A stretch of DNA of 64,000 nt from Savitreella phatthalungensis (Eukaryota). Each line of letters opens with the position of its first letter. Position 1 is the stretch's first letter. The stretch is taken from assembly GCA_051599415.1 (NCBI GenBank), contig AP039703.1, positions 124,001 through 188,000 of the forward strand. Direction: 5' to 3'. Below are positions 33,419-44,298 of this stretch, piece after piece. Under the pieces are notes generated by a model. That model did no database searches and was not told the DNA's origin. It worked only from the letters and a program-made list of their open reading frames with translations. The position numbers and the translations under genes were made by a program.

Positions 33419-35653
33419 CTAGTCGACCCATGCGTGCTTGCTCGCCTTGTTAGGATTACTGGCTGCTGCTGCTTGCCAGGCAGAGATTGCTGCTAGACCA
33501 TTGAGTTTAGCTGATTGTCGATTGGCCTGGTTGATTTCTCTCTTTTGTGCGAGTGCTTCTTCTTGCTGCTTTCTGCGACGGCGCTCTTGGCGCGCACGCT
33601 CGTTCGCGATCGCGTCGAACGCGCGTCGATCGGCCAGGCGTGACTCGACAGCGCGTTCTGGCGATTGAGCGACAGTCGCAGTGTGCGTAGAAGGTCGTGG
33701 GACGAATGGCGCTGCAGATAGCACGGCTACCTTGACCTCGCGTTTGACAGTCGCAGTGCGCACGGGCTCGGCCACCGGCGAGTCGGACTGCAATTGGGCT
33801 GCACGACGATCAGCTCGCGACTGCGTTGCAAAGTTGAACGGTGCGGGCTGCGTGGGTGTGGGTGGTGCTGGTCCGTGTGAGGGCTGGTGATCTGGCAGTT
33901 TTGCAGGTGAGTAGAGTGTCCTCGGAACGTGACCTAGGGTGGTAGGCAGCCGACGACGAGCGGTTTCGGCTGCCATCGTTCTAGCGAGCTTGTCCTCGCG
34001 CTTGGCCGCGCGCTCCTGGAACTGCGCGTCCGACGTGAATGTGAACGCTGCGTGTGTGGTTTGGCGCTTGACGATCTCGGGCTTCGTGGGCATCGTCGGT
34101 CCTGCAGGCGGGACCACACTCGCCTGGAACAATGGCAGACTTGCATTCACACTCGTGCTTCGCCGAGCAGGCATACCGAGCGATGACTTTCTACCACCAG
34201 ATCGCTTGCGGGTCTGGGATGGCTCGTGAACGTCCGCAGCAAAGGTCACACCAGCCGCTCCGCTGGATCGCCGGGTAGGTAGCGGAAGCTTGACTCGCTT
34301 CGCCGGGGACATCAACCCTGCCTGCACAACATCTGTTGGCGAGTCTGGTGTCATGTCGGTTGCCTTGCGTTTGCGTGAGCCGTTGACTGCCTCTCGCGTG
34401 GCCGGTGGAGAGGGCTGAGTATCTGGCGAGGTCAATGAGCGGGCGAGGAGCTTGACGCTGCTTCTGCGGAGTGCACGCTTCAGACCAGCTGAGATAAATG
34501 CGCGCCCTGGCACTGCAGCTGGAGGTTGTGATGGCTGTGACATAGGTGCTGGTGGCGGGATGCCGACGCCATCGTCGCCGTCAAGGTTCGCAATTATCTC
34601 GTTCTGGATCGGTCGTGAAGTCGGGTTTGCCTCGGACACCTTGCGAGAGATACCCAGTCTCGGAGAGACGGCTTGCGTAGGCTTGTGGCGATGTGCGCTC
34701 GCCTTCCGACTTGCTTTCCGACGTAGCCGAGCTTCCCGGTCTGCTGCAAGACGAGCCTCTTCGTGCCGGCTTCGCAGCAACTCAGCAGGGACCTCCAGCA
34801 TCTCGAGCGTTTCCGTTGAGCGTACACCGGGATGCGCCCGCGTCATCTTCGGCATCGGTGAGGCGCTTGAACTTGCGGCGGAAGTCACCCTTGCGGGGAC
34901 CACGGCAGACAGACCTTGCAGGCGACGAGACTGCCGTGTCGGCGGCATCCGTGGTGACATTTGCAGCGGCTGCATATGCAGGAGTGGAGAGTCGGCGCGC
35001 TCGGGCGAGACGTTCTTGACGACTTCCGCGGTCGGCAGCTGTTGTCTTTTCCGAGGCGAGGCCGACCGGACTGTCCTCTTATTGGTCGGTTTTACTTTCG
35101 ATGGTGTGGATTCCATAGCACCGCTCGGAGCATCACTTGAGCTTGCTGGCTTCATGGGCGAGAAGGTGAATGGCTGGTCATCGGAATCATAGTCGACGAT
35201 GACTTCGTAGGCGGGACCTTTGATAATTTTGCTGTTGAGGGCTGACGGCGTGGATGTAGCTAGTGCTTTACGTGCATGTACCACTTCGACCACGGCAGCA
35301 GGCGCGACCTTGATGGGCGAGAAGTTGAGGCTTCTGACAAAGTCATCGTCGTCCGCGAGGTTGAGGATGCGCGGAGATGCGGAAGCTGATGCTGATTCTT
35401 TATGGATGTGCAGATCGTGAGAAGACGCGCCATGCTCAAAATCAATCGATTGCGGCGTGCTTGTATGTGTCTTGAGTACCTGCCGGCGGAGATCACCCTT
35501 CTTCACACTCCCCGCCCGTGCCGACTTTTGCTGCTTGATTGACGATACAGCCCGTGACGGCGTACTTTGTGGCTGGATCGGCGACATCTCGTACGCGCTT
35601 GTGGACGTACCGCCCGACATTCGCGTCGTCCCTGTCCGCCTCTTGGCGCTCAT
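33419..35653 (-). CDS. TPX2-like microtubule-associated protein (putative)
   Basis: Basic, SP/TP-rich disordered N-terminal region. The C-terminus has repeated F-rich motifs (AFTFTSD..F.ER, TQPAPFNFATQSRA, PFVPRPS) followed by a coiled coil (RLADRRAFD...RARQERRRRKQQEE), resembling the TPX2 C-terminal architecture. Confidence 0.6.
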   Translation of the reverse strand: MSAKRRTGTTRMSGGTSTSAYEMSPIQPQSTPSRAVSSIKQQKSARAGSVKKGDLRRQVLKTHTSTPQSIDFEHGASSHDLHIHKESASASASPRILNLADDDDFVRSLNFSPIKVAPAAVVEVVHARKALATSTPSALNSKIIKGPAYEVIVDYDSDDQPFTFSPMKPASSSDAPSGAMESTPSKVKPTNKRTVRSASPRKRQQLPTAEVVKNVSPERADSPLLHMQPLQMSPRMPPTRQSRRLQGLSAVVPARVTSAASSSASPMPKMTRAHPGVRSTETLEMLEVPAELLRSRHEEARLAADREARLRRKASRKASAHRHKPTQAVSPRLGISRKVSEANPTSRPIQNEIIANLDGDDGVGIPPPAPMSQPSQPPAAVPGRAFISAGLKRALRRSSVKLLARSLTSPDTQPSPPATREAVNGSRKRKATDMTPDSPTDVVQAGLMSPAKRVKLPLPTRRSSGAAGVTFAADVHEPSQTRKRSGGRKSSLGMPARRSTSVNASLPLFQASVVPPAGPTMPTKPEIVKRQTTHAAFTFTSDAQFQERAAKREDKLARTMAAETARRRLPTTLGHVPRTLYSPAKLPDHQPSHGPAPPTPTQPAPFNFATQSRADRRAAQLQSDSPVAEPVRTATVKREVKVAVLSAAPFVPRPSTHTATVAQSPERAVESRLADRRAFDAIANERARQERRRRKQQEEALAQKREINQANRQSAKLNGLAAISAWQAAAASNPNKASKHAWVD

Positions 35654-35886
35654 CCTGACGCGAGCACAAGAAAGTGACTCGTGTAGCTATTATGTGACTT
35701 CTGTGCGTTTATGTGCATTTTGCGTGTTTTTGTGTTTTCGTCAACAACACGCGCGTAACCTTTTACGGGATTGGCACGTGACCTCACAGGATATCATTGA
35801 GATTATCAACCCAGGCCGTCTTCGCGGCACAATAAGGACACGGTCAGCAGGGAGGACCATCACACACAGAGAGTTGTTCCAGAAGG

Positions 35887-36594
35887 ATGTCGATCCCCGC
35901 GATAGCTGTCAACGGGCATGCTCCAACATCGGACGATCTCGGCCCACCCACAACCGCATCAACCGTCGCAGCATCTGCTATGCCAACAGTCAGTCCACCT
36001 CGGCTGTACAAGCTGCCTGGAGCAACGTTGGACCAGATCACTGCTGCGAACGAGCGATTAGGCAAAGTTCTGCTACTGAAATCTCTCCCCCGTGTGATCG
36101 GTGTGTACAAGCTGTACTTGGGTGGCGGTGGACTCCGACTTGCTACGTGGACGGACACGTCTCGGCCTGGTGTGCTAACTGCCGTTGGAGGCGAGAAGGC
36201 GTCTGCGATGATCGAGACGACTGAGACTTTCGAGGCGGTCATTCAGCGTAGCGGTAGCTGGACCGTCCGCCAGCAGATGAAGCTCGAGGCGTCTGCGTAC
36301 GAGATCGAAGGTTTCGAGATGGACCATCCACTGGATCAACCTGGAGCCGATCCGTTCGAGCAGCGGACTAGTGTCGTTCGTCTCGGAATTTTGACGCAGG
36401 GACCATCACTCCGTGGGCTAGTCATCCAAGTCGATGAACACTTCGCACCGACGCAAGACCTGGCGACAGCCAGGCTCGCGCAGCTCTTCGGTACGACAAT
36501 CAATCTTGCAGATGCGATACCGATTGGCGGAGCAGCGACAGCAACGTCGACTCTCGCTCAGGCGTATATCGAGGCTGTCACTGCAAAGGCATGA
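35887..36594 (+). CDS. MED20: Mediator subunit Med20 (putative); may start at ATG 35980
   Basis: WTVRQQMKLEASAYEI...VVRLGILTQGPSLRGLVIQVD matches the Med20 pattern W..RQ...IEG..YE...VR.G......G...E.EY. Confidence 0.65.
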   Translation: MSIPAIAVNGHAPTSDDLGPPTTASTVAASAMPTVSPPRLYKLPGATLDQITAANERLGKVLLLKSLPRVIGVYKLYLGGGGLRLATWTDTSRPGVLTAVGGEKASAMIETTETFEAVIQRSGSWTVRQQMKLEASAYEIEGFEMDHPLDQPGADPFEQRTSVVRLGILTQGPSLRGLVIQVDEHFAPTQDLATARLAQLFGTTINLADAIPIGGAATATSTLAQAYIEAVTAKA

Positions 36595-36770
36595 TTGCCT
36601 GCGAAGCCGTAATTTTGGAAACCACAATGACGAGATGAGACGAGACGAGATGAGACGACATGAATAGAGGACAACAACACTAGGATAATGGTAAATGATA
36701 AAGTCGTATTCACTAGCTAATGAAGGATCGTGAGATGGGCAAGTTTTGATGAGGTAACCGAACTCTTTGC

Positions 36771-37427
36771 CTACTTACGGTACCAGAGTCTGGTGGTGCG
36801 TTGAGCTGCCTGCTTCTTTTGGAGAAGGAAGACGCCGTACATGAGTGCTTCTGCTGTTGGTGGGCATCCTGGTACGTAGATGTCTACTGGAACGATTCTG
36901 TCGCATCCTCTGACGACTGAGTAGGAGTAGTGGTAGTAGCCTCCACCGTTTGCGCAGGATCCCATGGAGATGACCCACCTCGGTTCTGGCATCTGGTCGT
37001 ACACCTGCCTGAGTGCAGGCGCCATCTTGTTTGTGAGTGTGCCTGCGACAATCATCACGTCCGACTGGCGCGGAGACGCCCGGAAGATGATACCCAGACG
37101 ATCCTGGTCGTACCGGGGCGCAGACACGTGCATCATCTCTACCGCGCAGCACGCCAGGCCGAACGTCATCGGCCAGATCGAGCCCTGGCGCGCCCAGTTC
37201 ACGACAGCGTCCGCACTCGTCAGCACGTAGTCCACGGCGTTCTTCGGCGTCGATTGTGACGGCAGCGGCATGTCATCCGGCAGAGGCTTCGATGGCAGCG
37301 AAGCCGTCCGTGTCGAGACTGCCTGCGATGCCAGCGCGCGCACGCCGAGTGCAGATGGCGTTGGTGTACCACATGCAGGCCGTGCGCCTCTGGCCAGCAA
37401 GGTCGCCCGTGTAGTCGATCGAAGCAT
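36771..37427 (-). CDS. NDUFS7: NADH:ubiquinone oxidoreductase PSST/20-kDa subunit
   Basis: [33 protein letters not shown] and YVPGCPP; mitochondrial presequence MLRSTTR. Confidence 0.97.
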   Translation of the reverse strand: MLRSTTRATLLARGARPACGTPTPSALGVRALASQAVSTRTASLPSKPLPDDMPLPSQSTPKNAVDYVLTSADAVVNWARQGSIWPMTFGLACCAVEMMHVSAPRYDQDRLGIIFRASPRQSDVMIVAGTLTNKMAPALRQVYDQMPEPRWVISMGSCANGGGYYHYSYSVVRGCDRIVPVDIYVPGCPPTAEALMYGVFLLQKKQAAQRTTRLWYRK

Positions 37428-37956
37428 CAGGTGTCTTTGACCCTTGGCCTGTATTGATCTTGTTAAGAGACTCTGGTTCTTTTGTGGATAAGATGTGAGG
37501 TTAACTCGGTACCCTATCCTACGATCGATCGATCGATCGATAGAATTGCGCTGAGGCAAGCAAAATTTAGATGCAGGTGATTGGTTGGAGGGTGAACACC
37601 CGGGTGTGAAGTGGCCAATGATTTCCGATGCACAAATTCAGAAGCAACACGATACATTCATCCACTCGCAGCTCTCACTCTCCTTCAGAGTGCTAGCCAA
37701 GCACGATCCGCGGCGGTCAGGATTCTAAATATTGTGATAATGCTTCGTGGTTTCAAGACATGTCATGTTTAGGTTGTAGAACTTTTGGGTTGTTTTGGGT
37801 AGGGAGAGCGCTGCTTAAGGACAGGCTACAGAGCCTTGGTTCGTCGGCCGATCTTTGGAATCGGTGATAGCCCTAGCCTGTCACGCGTCAAAGACTAGTT
37901 GCAGCAGCATCATTCGTACATTGGCTTGCTCGCTACAGCTTTGACGCGGCCGCGAT

Positions 37957-39132
37957 TCATGAGGACTGCTCGGCAGGCTTGTAACCGACCTGGACGAGAG
38001 CGTTGCGGAGTGCATCGAGTGCCTTGTCGAGGTCACCGCGTGCGAGGTCGGTGGCGGAAACGCCCATGTGGCCGATGCGGAAGTACTTGGTGGCGATCTG
38101 CTTGTGTAGGCCACCTGCGAAGATGACGCCCTGTGCGCCAATCTTTGGCAATAGCTCGCCCACTGGCATCTCGTTCGGAGTCATCACCGCCGTCATGCCA
38201 TGCGCTGCGAACTCCGGCTTCACAGCGACCTGCTTCAGACCGAGCTTGGTGATGGCATTCTTGACGTAGTCGGAAGCCTTGATGTGGTCGTCGAATCGTG
38301 CGGACATCGGCCTCTCGAGAATCTCCTTGAGAGAGGCATTGAGGGCGTAGATGAGCTGGACGGCGGGCGTGGCAAAGTACTTTGGCTCGTTATTCTCGTA
38401 CGCCTTCATGATCGGCACCCACTTGTTGAAGCTGGCAAAGTAGCTCTGTGGCGGGTGCTTGCGGTTGGCGAACGCCTGCATGCCGCGGCCGGACACCATC
38501 AGGATCGCAAGGCCGGCGGGACAGCCGATAGCCTTTTGAGACGCCGTCAATGCCACATCCACACCCCACTCGTCGAACTGGATCTCCTCGCAGGCGACGG
38601 AGCAGACACCGTCAACGCAGATGAGCGTGTCTGGGCTGACGCGCTTGACTGTGGCGCAGATGGACTTGACGTCCTGGAGAACACCTGTGGAGGTGTCTGT
38701 GTGGGTGATGGTGATCATCTTGTACTTCTTCTCCTTAAGCGCCTGCTCGATCTCCTCCTGCGACTGTCTTGCACCGACCTGGGCCTTCAGCTGGGTTGCC
38801 TTGACGCCGTAGGATTCGAAGCAGTCTGCGAAGGAGTCACCGAAGTATCCCGTGTGGAGGACGAGGACGTCGTCGCCCTGTTCTACAAGGTTGACGGCGA
38901 CCATGTCCCATCCGAGAGAGCCTGAGCCGCTAATGACGAAGGGCTGTGATGCGGGGTCCTTTGTGAGGAAGATCTGCCTGAGCAGACGGAGGTTCTCACC
39001 AAAGACTGCGACGAAGGGAGGTCCGACGTGTGACATGGAAGGGTGTGCCATGGCCTCGAGCACGCGATCGCTGAACTCGATCGGGCCGGGAATCATGAGG
39101 AGCGGGTGAGCTGCCTGGTTTGACTTTGACAT
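37957..39132 (-). CDS. AGX1: Alanine--glyoxylate aminotransferase (class V PLP enzyme)
   Basis: LLMIPGP, SGSGSLGWD, THTDTSTG, VDGVCS, TASQKAIG (PLP lysine), YFATP and FRIGHMG. Start at ATG 39132. Confidence 0.95.
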   Translation of the reverse strand: MSKSNQAAHPLLMIPGPIEFSDRVLEAMAHPSMSHVGPPFVAVFGENLRLLRQIFLTKDPASQPFVISGSGSLGWDMVAVNLVEQGDDVLVLHTGYFGDSFADCFESYGVKATQLKAQVGARQSQEEIEQALKEKKYKMITITHTDTSTGVLQDVKSICATVKRVSPDTLICVDGVCSVACEEIQFDEWGVDVALTASQKAIGCPAGLAILMVSGRGMQAFANRKHPPQSYFASFNKWVPIMKAYENNEPKYFATPAVQLIYALNASLKEILERPMSARFDDHIKASDYVKNAITKLGLKQVAVKPEFAAHGMTAVMTPNEMPVGELLPKIGAQGVIFAGGLHKQIATKYFRIGHMGVSATDLARGDLDKALDALRNALVQVGYKPAEQSS

Positions 39133-39381
39133 GACGGTGGAGAGAAGTGAACAGTGAGAAGTGTGGATGATACTGATGGAGGAGCGTGGGTGAGGATGTA
39201 TGGGATTGAGAAGACGATGAAGTGGATGTTTTACACAGAGCTCAATCAATAGATCGGAGAGGTTGATGCTGCAGACGAGAGAAACGGGAGACTGTGTGAG
39301 CCAGACAGTGGGTAGTGTAAGAGGATGTCCCTGAGTGGGATAGGTGAGTTAGTGAGACTGAATGGTGGTCTGCAGGAGGGT

Positions 39382-39480
39382 GTGAGTGAGTAGGCGAGTG
39401 AGTAGGTGAGTGAGTAGGTGAGTGAGTAGGTGAGTGAGTAGGTGAGTGAGTAGGTGAGTGAGTAGGTGAGTGAGTAGGTG
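39382..39480. repeat. 12-bp minisatellite (GTGAGTGAGTAG) x8
   Basis: Eight tandem units, one with a single T>C change, upstream of AGX1. Confidence 0.95.
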
Positions 39481-39666
39481 TATGAGTGAGTGAGTGAGTT
39501 GCTGTGGTAGTGCGGGCTATGGGTGGACTGTGAATGGATGATGACCTGGGGAAAGAGCACAGTACAGTACAGTGTTTGGAAGCGATGCGTAGGTATTGAT
39601 CTGTGGAGGAGTTTTAATTCTCCAGTAGCGATCTATAGTATTTGACGTCGATCAGAACCAATTTAA

Positions 39667-39742
39667 TTCTGTTCTGTTCTGTTCTGTTCTGTTCTGTTCT
39701 GTTCTGTTCTGTTCTGTTCTGTTCTGTTCTGTTTCTGTTCTG
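39667..39742. repeat. (TTCTG)n pentanucleotide microsatellite
   Basis: 13 perfect units, one inserted T, then 2 more units. Confidence 0.95.
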
Positions 39743-41020
39743 ACCTGATAGAGCACAGCACTGAAGCTCAACACGGCCACAATTTCAAAACTTTGTTCAC
39801 CGTATGCATTCAGCTCCAATTCAATCCACACACACAAATTGAGCGGATTTCACGGATTTCACGGAATCTGCAATGCTTGACTTTCTTGACTGACGGCATT
39901 TACCCTTTCACTTCTGCACGTGATCGGCAACATTACTCTACGACTTAACAGTCGAACTTTCTTCTCTCATCTCTCATATATCAAGATGTCTCCTGTCGAA
40001 AAGTCCAGCCTCGATTCACCTTGTAAGCTCAATTGGCATCGACTATCGTGAAGCTCTCTATGATCTGCTACTTCGGCCGCATAGTCTATAGCCCTTCGAT
40101 GCGCTTGTTTATGACCCGTCGAATTTACAGCTCTTCATTGAGTATCACGCATAGTTACTGCAGAGAGCAACATCTCATAGACAGACTCGACAAGACAGTT
40201 ACAGATAATGTTCCGAATTGCGCAGGGTCGTCTAGCTGACCCTGCATTCAGACTGTACAGACATGTATAGACAGGCGTGCCATGACCAGCGACTTCGACA
40301 TGGATATTTTTCTTGTGCTCTGACGTTCAGCCTATACTCAATTGAGTGGCTTCTGAAGCACTGACTGGCCAGCTTCCCGTCCGTCCCGCCTGTTTGCGAA
40401 TCCTATTCGGACGTTTGGGTGTACGACTGATCTGAGTCGAGCCTGGGCGTAACCATTTCCAGACTTTGTTAACCTGGGGAACAATTTCCAATTCGAATTT
40501 CAGATGTGCATCTCACCCCATTCGGTTCCAGCTGCCACATCGATTCAACCTCGAATAAATCAAACTCAATCACAGGAGACAAAAAATGAGGATAGCCATA
40601 TACAGCCAGTCGACCTCCTCGCATGCACAAATCTCCTCTCATCTCCTAGTCCTCATCAGCAACATCATCCTCACCATCATCATATGCATTGGGATCAGCT
40701 CCATGCACCGGTCGTACCTGATGACTGTACTGAGTGGATTAGATTCATGTCATTGAGCTTTCACTGCTTCATTTGGACTCTTCACTTCTAAAGATTTGAA
40801 TGGAGAGTCCTCTCGTTCACGCCTCCCTTGATTCACGGCGGCGCAGCTAATCTGCCGAACCGAATGAGGCATCAATCATCTTGAGCTCCATCTCCACTGT
40901 CATCTCTCCCATCAATAAGTGTTCAATCCCTTCCTCGATGCCGATATATAGTCAGACCCGTGCCCACAAGACGCGTGACCTGTCCATAGTCTCCGATCCT
41001 CTTGCTAACCCACAGATCCG

Positions 41021-41938
41021 ATGCGCTTGCTGGCTTCCGTGCTCGCTGGTCTGACAGCAGCGACGTCTGGCGCCTCAGCTGCTGCGTCGTCTGATCATTA
41101 CCGCAGAGCTGAGGATGAACGCCTTTTCAAGCGCGACCTCATCGTCGTGACCACGACTGAAGTCGTCTGGGAGACAGTCACATCGACCTACTATGGCGAT
41201 TTGCCTACATTGCAAGCTGTCCCAGATGTGCCAGTAACCTCGCCAGCGACTGCTCCTGTCAACACTCCTGCAGCAGATGCTGTGGTCGTCGCTGCTCCTA
41301 CCGCCTCCACATTGACGGCACTAGCGAATGCCGACTCTCCTGCTGCCGCTATCCCAGCCCCGACCACATTGGCCAGTATCACGACGCCTGCTGCAGTTGC
41401 CGTTGCGCCGGCAGCGATAATCCCAGCAGATACACCGATCTCTGTGTCGCCTGCTGCATCTGATCCTCTACCGACGACGACCACGCCTATCGCTGTGGCC
41501 AACCCGACCACGGTGGCGACTCTTCCTGTTTCGTCAGCAGGGGATGTATCGGCTGGGACGTACGCAGGTGACGGTACATTCTACGAGCTCGGTCTCACGG
41601 CGTGCGGTCAGACGTACCTGGACAGCGACGCCGTTGCAGCCATCTCCTACAAGCTGTTTGACCAGAACGGCACACCGAACCCGAACAGTGAGTGCCGACT
41701 CATTCAATCCACGATTGCCCAGATCACGTGACTGACAAGATTCTTCTACAAAACAGACAACCCACACTGCGGTGCAAAGATCCGAGTATTCAGAGGCGGC
41801 AAGCACGTTGACGTCACCGTTGTCGACAGATGTGCAGGATGTGAAGGTGCATACGACGTCGACCTCTCCCCTTCAGCATTCGATCAAATCGCCAGTGAGA
41901 TTGAGGGTCGTGTGCCGGTGACGTGGTCATACCTCTGA
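41021..41938 (+). CDS. Secreted expansin/loosenin-like DPBB (RlpA/barwin-like) protein; exons 41021-41687 and 41757-41938
   Basis: Signal peptide, KR site and a T/P/A-rich stalk, then GDGTFYELGLTACG. A 69-nt intron (GTGAGT...ACTGAC...CAG) gives NPNNNPHCG...VTVVDRCAGC...DLSPSAF...GRVPVTW*. Confidence 0.92.
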
Positions 41939-42692
41939 GGGTCGCTCCTGGGAAGCTGACCTTTGCTTTGCTTTGCTGCCACGGTGGAAACTACGAATGC
42001 AGATGGGCTCTGCAGCATATCCTGCACGCTTCCTTTGCCACCAGTCGCAGGGCAACCCTGCATTTGTGGATGCATGATGTATAGCGGACTAATGAATTGA
42101 TCTAATTTGTCAATCGCGCATGGTAGTGTTCTTCAAATCTGGATCTTATACTAAGCTGATTTGAATTTGCAATTGAACTTGAATTCGATTTGATCAGATG
42201 AGATCTAAATCGAATTATAAATTGAGCTAAATTTATAGCTCAATACAGCTTCATCCGCGTCCCCGAATATAGATCAACACACTGTGAGAGCGTACAGTGA
42301 TGATGAGAGTAGACTATCTATAGTCCGTGCGTGCGTGCATGTGTGGGTGGATGCATGCATGTGTGTACAGTATAGATTTCCAAGATGAGACACGCCCGCG
42401 TGACGTTACACTCATACACAGCTGTCTCGTGCATATTCATTCATTCACATATACCCACCCATACATCCACACCACACACTACCAAACAACTACTACCACA
42501 ATCAGACGACACATTCTCCCAATAACATAATACAACTGCCGCAATCACAAACGCAGGCAAGCGCATCCTCATACAGCTTATCCAAGTATTCGCATCCTAG
42601 GTCGCGCCTAGCTGCTTCTGCTGCGCGCGCGCGCCATCTGAAGTTATCCTTTTGGTGTTGTCAGCCAGTCACACAACATCCCACCTTTAGTC

Positions 42693-44140
42693 ATGTCGCT
42701 CAACACGATCTCGGAATTCTTCCGCAGCACTTCAGAGATGCTTGCACGCGCAAATGACATGATGGAGAGCGAGGATGGTGATAGCATGGCACCATCAACT
42801 GCCACTCGAGACGACAACAACAGCGATTTCGAGCTTGACCTTGAGCTTGACCAGAACAGGAGCAGTCAGTCGCCAGACGAATCGTCTCTATTACAACCAG
42901 CATCTGTCCCGGCTAGGGACGTACCCACACCAGATCCAGCCGAGATCCTCTTGTCACGCAGTCCACCGCCGCGAGAAGTCATACTCGAGGCTGCAGAGCT
43001 AGATCAGGATGGACTTCGGCGGCGACTGCTGGCGATCCAGGGAGACACAAGTCTTAGTGAGTCGGACAAAGCTCGGAAAATGCAGCAGCTCCTGAGCATG
43101 CGCTACCTGTCCTCTCGGCGATCCGGCACGCCCGACACCCAAGCAGGGAAAGGCCAATTATCAGCTGCAGACCTGGAGAAGACCTACGCAGATCGGGACC
43201 TTGGCATTCTGGGATGCAGCCACTACAGGCGGAATTGTAAACTGCAGTGCTCCAAATGCGATCGATGGGCCACCTGCAGATTCTGCCACAATGAAGCGGA
43301 GGATGTCGACCACGAGCTCGTTCGCCAGGAAACGAAAAATATGCTGTGCATGTACTGCTCGACTGTTCAGCCAGCCGCACAACACTGCCGATCCTGCACG
43401 CGCAAGATGGCCTCATACTTCTGCGCAAAGTGCAAGCTGTGGGACAATGATCCGGACAAGTCCATCTATCACTGTAATTCCTGCGGCATCTGTCGCGTCG
43501 GTCTCGGTCTAGGCAAGGACTTCTTTCACTGCGACAGATGCAATGTCTGTATGGCCATGGTAAGATCACAACTCTCCCACAAGCCAAGAATTCCGTTCGG
43601 CATACTGACCTTCCTCCTCAACCCAGGCGCTACAGGATCACCACAAATGTATCGAGAGATCTACAGATTGTGACTGCCCCATCTGCGGCGAGTATATGTT
43701 CTCATCGACGCAGACGGTGGTATTCATGCTCTGTGGTCACTCTATCCACCAACGATGTTATTACGACCACGTGAAAACGTAAGCTCTCCCCATCCAAAAG
43801 TTACCGCGTGATACGTGCTGACCTTTTCCTTTCCTACAGCAACTATAAATGTCCTACCTGCTCAAAGTCACTTCGGAATATGGAGGGTACATTCAGGATG
43901 CTGGATCAGCAGATTGCGCTCCAGAGGATGCCCCCGAACTACGCGGAGACAACAGCCAAGATCTCCTGCAACGACTGCGGCTCTAAGTCCACAGTGCCAT
44001 ACCACTTTGTTGGACACAAGTGTACCAACTGCCTTTCCTACAATACAGCAGTTCTCGAAACAAGAGGTTTACCGGGAGCCGATCCGCAACCTGACACCAA
44101 CACTACCGCCACAGGCACCGGATCCTCGACCGCGCAGTAG
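42693..44140 (+). CDS. RING and CHY zinc-finger E3 ligase (Pirh2/RCHY1-like); exons 42693-43559, 43627-43778, 43840-44140
   Basis: GCSHYRRNCKLQC, CRFCH and YHCNSCGICRVG. Introns 43560-43626 and 43779-43839 restore HKCIE...CPIC...CGHSIH..C...YKCPTC and the C-terminal CNDC...YHFVGHKC..C.SYNT. Confidence 0.93.
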
Positions 44141-44298
44141 CAAGGCGTTCAACTCAACCCCCCACGAGTTCACTATTCTCTCCCCGGACTTTTTTGATCT
44201 CGTACCTATCATGATATGCATTACGTTGTATGTGGTTGGGCATGTGACTTTATGAGTGCGTGAGTTGAGACCTTCACATTTTCAACCCTGTCTGCCTG

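Noticed and set aside
34452..36242. Long antisense or overlapping ORFs over the TPX2-like and Med20 genes
   Set aside because: Explained as shadow ORFs of GC-rich coding sequence.
36714..36770. SKL in the readthrough frame of NDUFS7
   Set aside because: The SKL is internal (followed by AHLTILH*), so it is not a PTS1.
39246..39560. ORF with YSLT repeats; also whether the 12-bp array is CRISPR-like or telomeric
   Set aside because: The ORF is an artefact of the minisatellite. There are no spacers, the context is eukaryotic and the position is internal.
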